Source: Prasinococcaceae sp. CCMP 1430 (Eukaryota > Plantae > Prasinodermophyta). From it: 45,718 nucleotides of DNA. Below are positions 21,784 to 31,510 of this stretch, piece after piece. A program made the position numbers and the translations under genes. The stretch covers positions 1-45,718 of the forward strand of contig RQSC01001375.1 of assembly GCA_013416795.1 (NCBI GenBank), in the 5' to 3' direction. The notes under the pieces are model-generated. The model did not search any database. It was not told where the DNA came from and worked only from the letters and a program-made list of their open reading frames with translations. The number at the start of each line of letters is the position of its first letter. The stretch's first letter is position 1.

Positions 21784-24700
21784 CTACTTCGGCACGCAGC
21801 CCTTTTTCTTGCTGAACGAGCACAACTTCTTGGCAGTGCCCTTCTTGCATTGCTTCTTGCCCTTGGCGCGCTTGCACACAACCTTTACCGCCTCCAACAA
21901 CTTCTTGGACGCCTTCTTTCGATCCTTCTTTTTGCTCTTCTTGCTCTTCTCGGCATCCTTGGCTTTCTTGGCCTTCTTGGCCTCCTTGGCCTTCTTCGCC
22001 TTCTTGGCCTTCTTGCTCTTCTTGCTCTTCTTGCTCTTCTTCTTCGGTGCTGGCGTGGGTGTGAGGCGAGGAGAGGGTGGCGGGAGTGTCGGAGGGACGA
22101 GGGGAGGTGCGTCTCTCCCCGGGCAGCTCGGCTGCGTCGGCAGCACCAGGCCGTCGATGTGCACCGGCGGCGGCGCGTCGTTGTACCTGCTCGCCGCCTC
22201 GCACGCAAAGTCGCCGTGGCGCAGCGGCAGCGACAGCCCGTCACGCGCGCCGAGCTCGCACACCTCAGCATCGATTGACAGCCCCGTACGTAGGATGTAA
22301 CAGTCGTTGGCCTCGCAGCCTCCGGGGATATCGTACGCATCGTAGCGGATGAAGACGGTCACCGTGGTGGGCTCGTGTTCGACCCGGGCGAGACGCTCCG
22401 AATTTGCGGAGTGCACGCGCGAGGCGCCCTTGGCGATGTCTTTGCCGGAGGCCCAGCGCGTGTCGTAGTTGCCGTACGTTGACAACGATACACGGGGGCT
22501 GCCAGACGTTGACACAGTCATTCGCGCCTCGGGAATCAGCCTATCCATCGATATGCCCAGATCCACAAAGTCGTATCCGCCCTCGAGGTGAAAGTACGGC
22601 CCAACGTACTGCCCCTCAAAGAGCGGCTCGTTGTGGTGCGTCAGTTCTGGCGCAGGGCTCAGCGAGTCGATCGTCGCCTGGATGTACCTCGGCACAATCT
22701 GGCCATCGCCCTGGCCCCAGCTCACGTTGGCTCCGAAGAGCATCGGGGATTCGCCCTCATTCAATTGGGCGCCCTCCACGCCCTCCGGCACCTGGTGAAG
22801 CTTCACGAGCATCGACTTGTCGTCGTTATCGCCACTCATGTGCACGTCCAGCGACATGTAATCAGCTACCATCATGTAGACCACCTCTATCGCGTCCGAG
22901 TCCCAATAGCCGTCCTGGTGCAGGTTGTCAACCTCTACGCTCAGCGAGTTTTGGCCGTCGACGCCGGGCAGTAGGCAGAAGATGCCGTCCATGCCGCGCG
23001 TCACCGTGGCGCCGCTCGCTAGGGCCATCGAGGAGAAGCTGCCGTCCGCCTTATTGCCACTCTCAGAGTGCACCCATAAATCCATCACCAGCCCATCAGG
23101 GTCCCACGTCGTCGCCATGAGTTGCCAGTCGAACAGCATGTCTTCGCCGACGACGGTGAGGTTGTTGCCCATGGCGTCGTCGCGGCGCAGCCCGCCGAAG
23201 GTGACCCTCGTCGGCGCTCCCTCGTCCACGATGATGTCGCTGGTGATGTCGATGCGCTCGCCCGTGTGGTCGGTCCAAGTCCAAGCCTCGCCAGACTGTC
23301 TGTAGACCACGTTCTTGTCCTCATCTTTGACGACCATGGCCATGGTTCCGTGGTCGTCGCCAAGCGCGCCGTCGGCATGAATGCTCGCCACGAGCGGCAG
23401 ATCCTCGTAGCTCGGCTCATCCTCGCCAAATGAGATAGACAAGGTCGAGGAGGCCGCGAGCAGGCTTGGGTCTGTACGATGTGGCTGGTTGTGAAGTCCA
23501 TCGGCGCGCAGCGCGAGCATGTGCCCAGAGCTCTTCCTTTTGGCACTCTTGCTGTTTCGCCGGAGCGGAGCGGCGAGCAGGTCGTGGACCTCGCCATCCT
23601 TGAATGCATCGGCGTCGTCGTGAAAGGTCGCCGTGAGGGAGCCGCCGTGCGTGGTCGGGCCGGCGTAGCCCGTGCCGGCCATCGCCGCATCAAAGGCGTC
23701 TTTGATCCAGATACGGGCGCTGGCGTCCGCCTTCTCCTCGCCTGCCCTGTCCGCGGGGTCCGACTCGGCTTGGCCGGCGGCGTACAAGACGCGATCGCCC
23801 TCCCACTCGGACTCAAACGCGCCGGCGATGTGCGAGTCGCCTGACGAGGCGTTGCCACTCACCTGTAGTGTAGGCACGCCGTCCACCTCCAACTGGTCGG
23901 TGAAGAGGCCAAAGAGGCCGTGGACCGTCACGCCGTTGTCTGAATCCATCGCATAGCGGCCCATCTCGAAGGTGTACGTGAACAGCGGTTCATCGTCGAG
24001 CTGCATTGCCATAGAGGAGTCCATCATGCCGCAGTCGACGCAGGTGAGCATCTCACTGCCCATGAGCACGCCCATTCTCATTTCCATGGACGGGCGCTGG
24101 CTGCCGTCGAGGTAGACCGCCATGCGCATGTCCATGGAATCGTCGTCGCGCTGGAAAGCCCCTTGCGGCTCAGCAAGTCGCGCGCTGTCCATTACGTTGT
24201 TCGCGCGCAGCTTCTCTTCGCCGTCGTAACTGACCAGGATGTCGGCTTGCATTTCACCGTCACCCATGGCGCCGCGGGTGACGCTACCGAGGCCCACGAA
24301 CAGCGGGGTGCCATCCAGGCGCGCGTCCAGCACGAGGGAGCCCGCCTCTTTGTTGCTTTCCAAGCTGCTGCTGGAGCCCTCCAGCCTCGAGTACAAGGTC
24401 TCCTCGTCGTTGACCCAGAGGTCCATCATCGCGGCCATCGCGTCGTCCGTTCGGGAGGCCACGCCGCCCCAACGTACGTCCGTCTTCTCGGGCGTCGCGC
24501 AAGGACCCTCGTCCCACCAGGATTTGCCGCAGTCATAGTCGTAGTTCTCGATATGCACAGACCACATTGCACTGGCTTCGCTAGCGACAATGGTATTGTT
24601 GTAGCCAAAGTGGAAGCGCTCCTGCCAGCGGCTGTCCGGGAGCACGATGAAGATGTTCGAGCCCGCCTCGTGCGGGCCGTACGCGTGGCCGCCGCCCTGC

Positions 24701-26730
24701 CAAAGTTGCACCCCCATTTCGAACGCTGGGTCCAGGACATCGTCGTAATCCTCGTCGAGGTTCACACGAATCGTCATGTTGACGGCCGCGGCGGAGTCGT
24801 CGGGGCTGAAGCCTTCTGCCACGACCTCAAACTCTTTCTGGCCCTCGATGTGGACCGTCAAGTTGGCGTCCATGTGGCGATCGGCGATCTCGTTAAAAAC
24901 GCGCGCTTCGAAGAGGAGCTCATTGTCGCCCCACTCTGGCTCCTCCTCGTCGACCGTGAGAGATGCGACCATGCTGTAGTCCTCCGGATCCACCAGGGCT
25001 CTCATGTTGGCCTGGTAACCAGCTACGGTGGCTACCGCCAAGTAAGCCCTCTTGCCGTCTTCCGCAATCGACGAGACGCTGTCTAGGCGCATCAGGGTCT
25101 CGTCGCCCTCGGCGGTGTTGTCCTTGACGAAGGCTCCTATCGAAGACTTCTTCTGCTCCTGGGCGCCGAAGTACCCAGCCGTGAGGTCGTGCAGTTCGCC
25201 AAGAAGCGCGCCCATCAGCGATCCTTCTACCAGCTGCGCCACCAGCTCAAACTCTCGCTCGGAAAGTTGCGCAGCGGTACGCTTCCCAGTGAGTTTGCCG
25301 TGGTGCGGATCCTCAGCGGGAGGCTCACTGCAGAGGGCGTCTGAGGCGTAGCCGGCGAACGACACATCGATGGGCCCTTCGTAATCGTCCTCGCGTTCGT
25401 ACGTGTACTCACGCTCGAACCCCCATGCGCCCTCGTCATCGGACGTGTCAGCAGGGGTGGGCGAACGCCAATCGTCGTCCTCATTATCGAACATCTCTGA
25501 CTTGTGGAGCTCGTCCGGCCAAGTCGCCAGGAGTAGCGAACGGCCCGTGTCTGCCGCCGTGCCCGGAGTGGCGCCTCCTTCGGGCGCGATTGGCAGCCCC
25601 CACCGCGCCGCGGCGGTGGCCACAGCGGTGGCCATCGTGGCCACGGGGTTGACGTCGGCGCTGAGCTCGCACAAACTTGCGAGCGTCTTAGCCTTGTCGG
25701 CGCATCCCGCGGACGCCGTCGCGTGCGCCGAGGCAGCAGTGCGCCCTCCGTTCGGGGTCGCGCGCAGCTCGAGCGCCGCGCGCTCCGACGCTAGCTCAAG
25801 CTGTGGCACCGAGGCGCCGCTCGACGTCTCGGCCTCCACTGCGTACGCCAATCGGCCGAACTCGAGGCTGACGACCTCCAGATGCATCGCATCCACGGAG
25901 CGCGGCGGTGGTGGCGGCAGCTCCGCGCGCGCGTCGGCTGAGGTCAAAAAGCCGCTGTCGGCCACCGTGAGGCTGCCGCCGCCGCTCAAACGGCCGGTCG
26001 TGATCGTCGGCGTGTCGAGGCTCACGTCCCGAATGTCGAGAGACCGAAGGCTCATGTCAGAGCCGAGCGCCGAGTCGACCATGCTTTCATACATTGCGTC
26101 CCTTGAGAGCGCATAGCTATGGTGAGTGGCCATGCGCACGGGGGCGCCGTATGGCCCCAGCAGCCGCAGCGCGTGCGTCACGGCGCACTCGGCGAGCACC
26201 GGCGAATCGTGGCTCGCGCTGGTCGCCGCGTCGACCAGCGCCTTGGCGTTTGGCGTGCTCGCGAGCAGCTCGGCGGTGTAGCGTGCCTTCGCACTTGGCA
26301 CAAGTGTGTCCGGCGCAGCCCTTGAGATGCGTCCGACCGCCGAAGCCAGTGGCACGGCCTCCCCGCGCGCACCTTGTGAGGGCGCTTCGCTCAGCGTGCA
26401 CCGAATGCTCTCGACTTCGTACGCCGAGCTGCCGGGAAGCCGCGCATAGTACACGTCGGCGTCCATGCGCAGTCCAACCGAGGTGTTGCCAACCGTCGCG
26501 TGCGAAGATACGAGACGCGCCGAGGCGGTGCGGTAAAGTAGCACCGCGTCGCTGATCGCGAGCGCCACGAGCACAGCCATCAGCGCGCCGACTGTGCAAG
26601 CAGCGCCGCGCCAGCGATGGGCCCTCCAATCGGAAGGACGAGGCGCGGCCTTGGCAGCAGCGCCACCGCAGGCCGCTGCGGGCGTTGCTGCCGCCACCTC
26701 ATGGTCGACCACTTGAACGAGCAACCCCAT
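21784..26730 (-). CDS. Hypothetical 1648-aa protein: N-terminal TM/signal anchor, large acidic domain, Pro linker and Lys-rich Cys-containing tail
   Basis: Uninterrupted ORF with coding-type codon bias. The hydrophobic segment VGALMAVLVALAISDAVLLY is near the N-terminus. An alternative start exists at 26580. No family recognised. Confidence 0.8.
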   Translation of the reverse strand: MGLLVQVVDHEVAAATPAAACGGAAAKAAPRPSDWRAHRWRGAACTVGALMAVLVALAISDAVLLYRTASARLVSSHATVGNTSVGLRMDADVYYARLPGSSAYEVESIRCTLSEAPSQGARGEAVPLASAVGRISRAAPDTLVPSAKARYTAELLASTPNAKALVDAATSASHDSPVLAECAVTHALRLLGPYGAPVRMATHHSYALSRDAMYESMVDSALGSDMSLRSLDIRDVSLDTPTITTGRLSGGGSLTVADSGFLTSADARAELPPPPPRSVDAMHLEVVSLEFGRLAYAVEAETSSGASVPQLELASERAALELRATPNGGRTAASAHATASAGCADKAKTLASLCELSADVNPVATMATAVATAAARWGLPIAPEGGATPGTAADTGRSLLLATWPDELHKSEMFDNEDDDWRSPTPADTSDDEGAWGFEREYTYEREDDYEGPIDVSFAGYASDALCSEPPAEDPHHGKLTGKRTAAQLSEREFELVAQLVEGSLMGALLGELHDLTAGYFGAQEQKKSSIGAFVKDNTAEGDETLMRLDSVSSIAEDGKRAYLAVATVAGYQANMRALVDPEDYSMVASLTVDEEEPEWGDNELLFEARVFNEIADRHMDANLTVHIEGQKEFEVVAEGFSPDDSAAAVNMTIRVNLDEDYDDVLDPAFEMGVQLWQGGGHAYGPHEAGSNIFIVLPDSRWQERFHFGYNNTIVASEASAMWSVHIENYDYDCGKSWWDEGPCATPEKTDVRWGGVASRTDDAMAAMMDLWVNDEETLYSRLEGSSSSLESNKEAGSLVLDARLDGTPLFVGLGSVTRGAMGDGEMQADILVSYDGEEKLRANNVMDSARLAEPQGAFQRDDDSMDMRMAVYLDGSQRPSMEMRMGVLMGSEMLTCVDCGMMDSSMAMQLDDEPLFTYTFEMGRYAMDSDNGVTVHGLFGLFTDQLEVDGVPTLQVSGNASSGDSHIAGAFESEWEGDRVLYAAGQAESDPADRAGEEKADASARIWIKDAFDAAMAGTGYAGPTTHGGSLTATFHDDADAFKDGEVHDLLAAPLRRNSKSAKRKSSGHMLALRADGLHNQPHRTDPSLLAASSTLSISFGEDEPSYEDLPLVASIHADGALGDDHGTMAMVVKDEDKNVVYRQSGEAWTWTDHTGERIDITSDIIVDEGAPTRVTFGGLRRDDAMGNNLTVVGEDMLFDWQLMATTWDPDGLVMDLWVHSESGNKADGSFSSMALASGATVTRGMDGIFCLLPGVDGQNSLSVEVDNLHQDGYWDSDAIEVVYMMVADYMSLDVHMSGDNDDKSMLVKLHQVPEGVEGAQLNEGESPMLFGANVSWGQGDGQIVPRYIQATIDSLSPAPELTHHNEPLFEGQYVGPYFHLEGGYDFVDLGISMDRLIPEARMTVSTSGSPRVSLSTYGNYDTRWASGKDIAKGASRVHSANSERLARVEHEPTTVTVFIRYDAYDIPGGCEANDCYILRTGLSIDAEVCELGARDGLSLPLRHGDFACEAASRYNDAPPPVHIDGLVLPTQPSCPGRDAPPLVPPTLPPPSPRLTPTPAPKKKSKKSKKSKKAKKAKKAKEAKKAKKAKDAEKSKKSKKKDRKKASKKLLEAVKVVCKRAKGKKQCKKGTAKKLCSFSKKKGCVPK
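21925..22045 (-). repeat. Imperfect 9-nt coding repeat giving (K-K-[A/S])n
   Basis: The plus strand reads cttcttggc/cttgctctt reiterations. Confidence 0.85.
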
Positions 26731-27152
26731 CGCCGTGCCGCCGCCACGAGCTGCGGCCGCCCGCCCGCGCACTCGCGCAGGCCACCCGCACAGTCAGGCC
26801 GGGCGGCGCGGCTCGCCTGGCGCGCTCGTTCGCGTCCCTCCAACCCCCGCACCCCACCCCCACGCATCCGCCCAAGGGTGGGCCGCTTCGTGGGAGGCTG
26901 CGCGAGTGGCACCGCGCGCCCAGGAAGGTGGGGATAGGTGTGTGTGTGTGGGGGGGGGCGCCCACCACTCGAAGGCGGGCGGGCGAGAGCAGGCGCGGGC
27001 CACTCCACCGCGCGCTTGCCCGCTCGCGCCGCGGGCGGGTGCAGCCCGGGTGGGTAGCTGCAGCAGATTCTGCACGGGAGGCCTGCGGCCACTTTGCGCC
27101 CGGCGCTGGCGAAACCGCGCCCCCGCCCGCGGCTCGGCGCCACTCGCCGCAG

Positions 27153-27285
27153 GTCGCCGCAGCTCCCCGGCGACTACGGCTGCGACCCCTTCGGCCTCGC
27201 CAAGGAGGAGAAGAACCTCCTGCGCTACTCCGAGGCAGAGCTCATGCACGCGCGCTGGGCGATGCTCGGCTGGGCCGGCATGATG
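27153..27285 (+). pseudogene. Isolated exon of a light-harvesting chlorophyll a/b-binding (LHC) protein, helix 1 only
   Basis: Translation LPGDYGCDPFGLAKEEKNLLRYSEAELMHARWAMLGWAGMM, flanked by CAG acceptor(s) and a GTGCGT donor at 27286. No transit-peptide exon or helix 2/3 was found nearby. Confidence 0.7.
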
Positions 27286-27467
27286 GTGCGTGCGGGGGCG
27301 TAGGGGCGCGCGGCGGCGGCGCGTACGGCGGGGCGTACGGCGGCGCGTACGGCGGCCTGCTGTACGCGCAACATGCGTGCATGGGCTCTGTGGCGCACTG
27401 GGTACAGGTCGCCGCAGCTCCCCGCCGCCGGCGCTCGCGCCGAAAGCGGGGGCGGGATTCCTCCGGT

Positions 27468-27499
27468 GCGCGCGCGCGCGCGCGCGCGCGCGCGCGCGC
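27468..27499. repeat. (GC)16 perfect dinucleotide tract
   Basis: Read directly from the sequence. Confidence 0.9.
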
Positions 27500-27873
27500 T
27501 TGCGCTGCGCGCGCTCGGGGAACGGCACCATTCACCTGCATTTTGACCTCTCGAGCCGCAATGAAAAATCACATCCACAGCAGAATGCGAAGCTCTGACC
27601 CCCCTAAGAGGGAGGGTTAAGGTTTTGATGTGATCTCTTGGCGTTGTTTTGGTGTAGGGTTTGTGCTGTGTGGCAGACCGGAGACGCGGTACGAAGCGGG
27701 TGCGGTGGGGGTGCTGGTGAGCGTCACTCGGCGCCGCAGGACTGCCGCGGGGGGCGGGGGAGGGGGGTGGCTGCCGCCGAGAACGGACCGAGCGGGGCGC
27801 GTGGTGGCGCCGAGGCTGACGCTGCGGCCGCCGACACGCGCATGCGGTGGACGCGGGCGCGGGCGCGGGTGCG

Positions 27874-28548
27874 ATGAGCGCCATGACAGAGTACGAGCGC
27901 CAGCGAGACGAGATCATCCGCCGCAACCGCGCCAAGCTCGCCGAGCTCGGCATCAAGCTCGCCTCGGAGCGCCTGCGGGCGCTCGCGCCGCCGGCCGCCG
28001 CGCCGAAGCCGAGGGCGGCTGTGGCCGCCGATCGCAAGCGGGCACGCGAGGCAGCCGCGGCCGCCGGCCCGGAGCGCCGCTCGGCGCGCGTGCGGAAGGC
28101 GCGGGGGGAGGTCCTCGAGGGCGAGGAAGCAGAGCTCGTGGAGCTGGAGGAGGATGAGCCGCGCGCTCAGGGCGTCCGCAAGAGTGGTGATAGGGTGGGC
28201 GGGCAGGTAGGCGCATCGCGAGCGGGCCTGTCATGGGAGGAGCGGCTCGCGGAGGTCAAGCTGGACCATTTGATCGACCTGTCTTCCGACGACGCAAAGT
28301 TCGTGATCCTCGGCAGCGCGGGCAAGCACTACGTAGTGACGCTCTCCGACGAGCGCCACACGTGCCAGTGCATGGACTTCCGCACGCGGGGCAAGCAGAG
28401 GCCGTGTAAGCACATTCGAGTGTCGCAGCAAGAGCTGGGGTTGGAGCAGGGTGCGCTGAAGGGCGGCGGCTGGCGTGCCGCCGTCGAGGCGACGCTCAAA
28501 GAGGACCTGGACAGATTGAATGCCGACCAAGAGGCGGTGGCCGCCTGA
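27874..28548 (+). CDS. SWIM zinc-finger protein, 224 aa
   Basis: YVVTLSDERHTCQCMDF...RPCKHI gives the CxC...CxH SWIM pattern. The N-terminus carries an EYERQRDEIIRRNRAKLAELG helix. Confidence 0.8.
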   Translation: MSAMTEYERQRDEIIRRNRAKLAELGIKLASERLRALAPPAAAPKPRAAVAADRKRAREAAAAAGPERRSARVRKARGEVLEGEEAELVELEEDEPRAQGVRKSGDRVGGQVGASRAGLSWEERLAEVKLDHLIDLSSDDAKFVILGSAGKHYVVTLSDERHTCQCMDFRTRGKQRPCKHIRVSQQELGLEQGALKGGGWRAAVEATLKEDLDRLNADQEAVAA

Positions 28549-28771
28549 CGCAAGCTCGCGCATCGCTGCTGGTGTGAATGCTGTGCTGGCGACTCAGCCC
28601 GTTGGATAATATGTTGTACCCACGAGAGCATGCGCGCGTAGACAATGTGCTCGGCGTGCCGAGAGAGCACGCGTGGCCTTTTGCGTGCGCCGAAACGCGC
28701 CCGCCCGCTGCACTCTCCTCTGGGCCGATCCTCAGTCCGCTTCGGGTCGTTGTCGCACGAGAAGTCGCCTG

Positions 28772-29839
28772 CTATTGATAGCTGCCATTAGGCGACACAG
28801 ATTGCTTGCCGGCGGCGGCTGGCTGGCTGGCGCCGCTGCGAAGCACGTAGACGCTCGTGGTTTCGATGAAGCTTGGGAAAGCGGCTGTTAGCTCTCGAAG
28901 CACGTCGAGAGTCATCGGGGCCAGGATGTGCGGCTGCCTGCTGCAGAGCTGTTGCTCGCGGAAGAGAACGCGGGCAACAGCGCGCGTCAGCGCCGGCGGG
29001 TGTACGCAGACGCGCGCGCAAGATCAGATGGTCGGAGCGGGAGTCATGCGCGCGTGCGGTCGAAGGCGCAAGGCGCGCACCTGCTTCCACTCCTCCATGT
29101 GGATCACGCCGTCACGGGCCAAGTCAGCCTGTTCAAAGGTCTCGTCGACCAGGCTGTCCATGGCCTCCATGGGGAGGGTGAGCCCGCTCTTCTCCTGCAC
29201 GAGGCCTTTAAGCATCGAGCGCACCTCGTCTGGCTCGATGACGCCATTTCCCTTCAGGTCGTACACACTGAACAGGAACTCGCTTTTGCTCTCCTGGTCC
29301 GCTCGGGGGTGAAAGACCTGCAGGCCCCGCACGAAGGCGTCGAACGATAATGTGCCTTCGCTCTTTGAGTCCAGCAGGTCAAACACCCTGTCCGCGAAGA
29401 GGCTCTTTGTACCGCGTGAGTCCGCGCGCGCGCTACCGGGCCTCCCGTTGCTGAGTCGCCCGTTGCCATTGCCGTTGCTCAGCGGCTTCCGCCCTGCGTG
29501 ATGAGCCTCCACCTCGTCGACGGCAGCCAAGGGGGCTCCCGGGCTGTTGGACGACGCCGGCCCGCCCCCCGCTGCCCCTTTGAAGAGCGCCTGCTTGAAC
29601 TCATCGCGGTGCATGAGTCCGTCGACATGAATGGTGTTCGCGGCCGCCTCGTGCATCGTGCGCAGCGCCTCGACCTCGGGCAGCGAGAAGAGCGTCTCGC
29701 GCGAGAGCTTGCGATCCTGTTCGCGCGTCGTGTGCAGCGCGCCGCTCGCACTCGACGCCCGTGCTGCCCTCGCGCTACCTGCACCCGCTGGCTCGCCCAC
29801 AACTGCCGGCCGAGCGCAGCACACGAACCACTTCGCCAT
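28772..29839 (-). CDS. CBL: Calcineurin B-like calcium sensor, 311 aa; exons 29839-29081 and 28948-28772
   Basis: Motifs LSRETLFSLPEVEAL, DGLMHRDEF, SLFADRVFDL, VFHPRA and four EF-hand regions. Removing a 132-nt GT-AG intron restores the C-terminal MTLDVLRELTAAFPSF (FPSF motif). Confidence 0.9.
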
Positions 29840-30063
29840 GACGACAGAGCTGTCCCTCTTCCCGCTTGGGTTGGCCTGCCCCGCGACGCGGAACGGACGC
29901 CGCCGGCCGCCGCGGCCGCCGCAGCCGCTGCCATCCCTGCCGCAGCCACGGGCGTACGCCGCCTGCGCTGTGGCGCCCCGGCGCTCGCACCGCGCCAAAC
30001 CCTCATCAAATTGCACGTTTGAAACTAACCCTGTGCCCATACCTTAATGTGAACCCTAACCCC

Positions 30064-30071
30064 AAACCCTA
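30064..30071. promoter_or_regulatory. Telo-box AAACCCTA (other perfect copies at 18799, 21451 and, reversed, 27655)
   Basis: Exact matches to the plant telo-box in upstream regions. Confidence 0.5.
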
Positions 30072-30409
30072 CCAGCGACCACCAACTGTGCGCCGAGCGC
30101 ACCGAGCCCACCACAGTGCGCGCGCGTGAGGGAGAGCGCAGCGCGCGCCCTGTGGGGGCGGTGGCCACACGGCGCGCGCCCGAGGCTGCCCGCGCAGACG
30201 GGGCCTTCCGGTGGGGGAGAGGGACGCGCACCGCTGCGCCCGGTCGTCCGCGCGCTCGTGTGCGTGTGCCGCGCGCCCCTCGCCGCGCGCTGGCCGCGCC
30301 GCTGCCCCGCCTCTGACTGACTGCTATGTGTCGTGCGCTTCCTTCGAGGCGGCGGTGGCGACCCTTCGGAGCACCCACAGCCGCACGTCCGAAATCGAAG
30401 CCGCCTTCC

Positions 30410-31410
30410 AATGTGCCACAAAAACGAAGGCCAAAATCAAAGTAAAAAAAAAGGGCGATGCGATGCGTTGGGTTTGACGAAGAAGCTTTTCGGGAGGGGC
30501 TGCGCGGCGACGTTCCACGAAGGCAGGGGGGCCGAAAGTGAAGGGTGAAAAGCACAATCAAAATCAAATTAAATCAAAACAAAAACAAAATCATGGGATG
30601 CGATGCTTTCGGTTTGGCGAGGTTTTTTTTTTTGCAACGAGGCGAAGGGAAAGGGGGCGACACAAAAAAAGTGCGCGTGTGCCGGCAGCCCCCGGCGCGC
30701 GCGCGCGCTCCAGCTGGGGCCGGGCGGCGGCGGCTGTGGGACCCGCGGACCACACCACAGCGCTGCTGAGAGCGGGAGCCGCGCGGCGACAGGGACGCTC
30801 GGCGCCTTGGGGTGGGGGCAGGGAGGGGGGTTGGGGGTGGTTGGGCGGAAGCGGGGAAGGGGTCCTGTGGTGGGCGGCGAAGCTGGGACCTGCGGGGCAC
30901 AGCGCGAGCGCGAGCGCGAGCGCGAGCGGCGCGCCCGCGAGGTTGAGGTTGGGGGCTCAGCGTTACGGTATCGGATTTCCTTTTCGCCCGGCGGTCCACA
31001 CGTGGTCCGAGTGCAAAATGACTCCAAAAAACGCAGGTGCGCGCAAAACTTCACCCGTAAAATTCAAACACATCAAAATGCATTGGGTGGCCTCTCCCGG
31101 TTGTTGCCGACGCGGGCCCTCGGGGAATCCGCTGCTTCAATCGGAAGAGGCCGCGACTGTTCGTTTTCGCGTGTTGAGAAATTTAGATCGCTTATGCGCT
31201 GTTTTACACATTCTTTGTGATATATGTGGTTACGGAATTGTGCGATTTCGGCGCGGCCGGGCGGAAGACGGCCCCAACAGCCGGCGCGTGCGCGCGTGGA
31301 CGCGCTGCTGCGGCTGCAAACGAAGGCGGTAATTTCGATGCCCGTGAAACGGTCTGATAATCATATCTGAATATTAAAAGCGCGGTTTGATAGTATTTTA
31401 ATTCGAAATC
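30410..31410. promoter_or_regulatory. AT-rich bidirectional promoter region between CBL and CIPK
   Basis: Two AT-rich islands (about 30410-30670 and 31010-31410) with A/T homopolymer tracts between divergent ATGs. Confidence 0.5.
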
Positions 31411-31510
31411 CGGAGAGCTATGGCGCCCCTCTGCGCGTGCACGCACACGCATGCGGGCGCCACAGTGCGGGCCGCATGCGCCCGTGGGGCCTGGCCGGCG
31501 GGGGAGGGGG

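Noticed and set aside
27874-28548. MULE transposon because of the SWIM finger
   Set aside because: There is no DDE transposase domain, TIR or target-site duplication.
30025-31450. Short ORFs between CBL and CIPK and in other intergenic regions (38040-39000, 41170-42040)
   Set aside because: They use GTG/TTG starts, translate homopolymer tracts, and lack coding bias or motifs.
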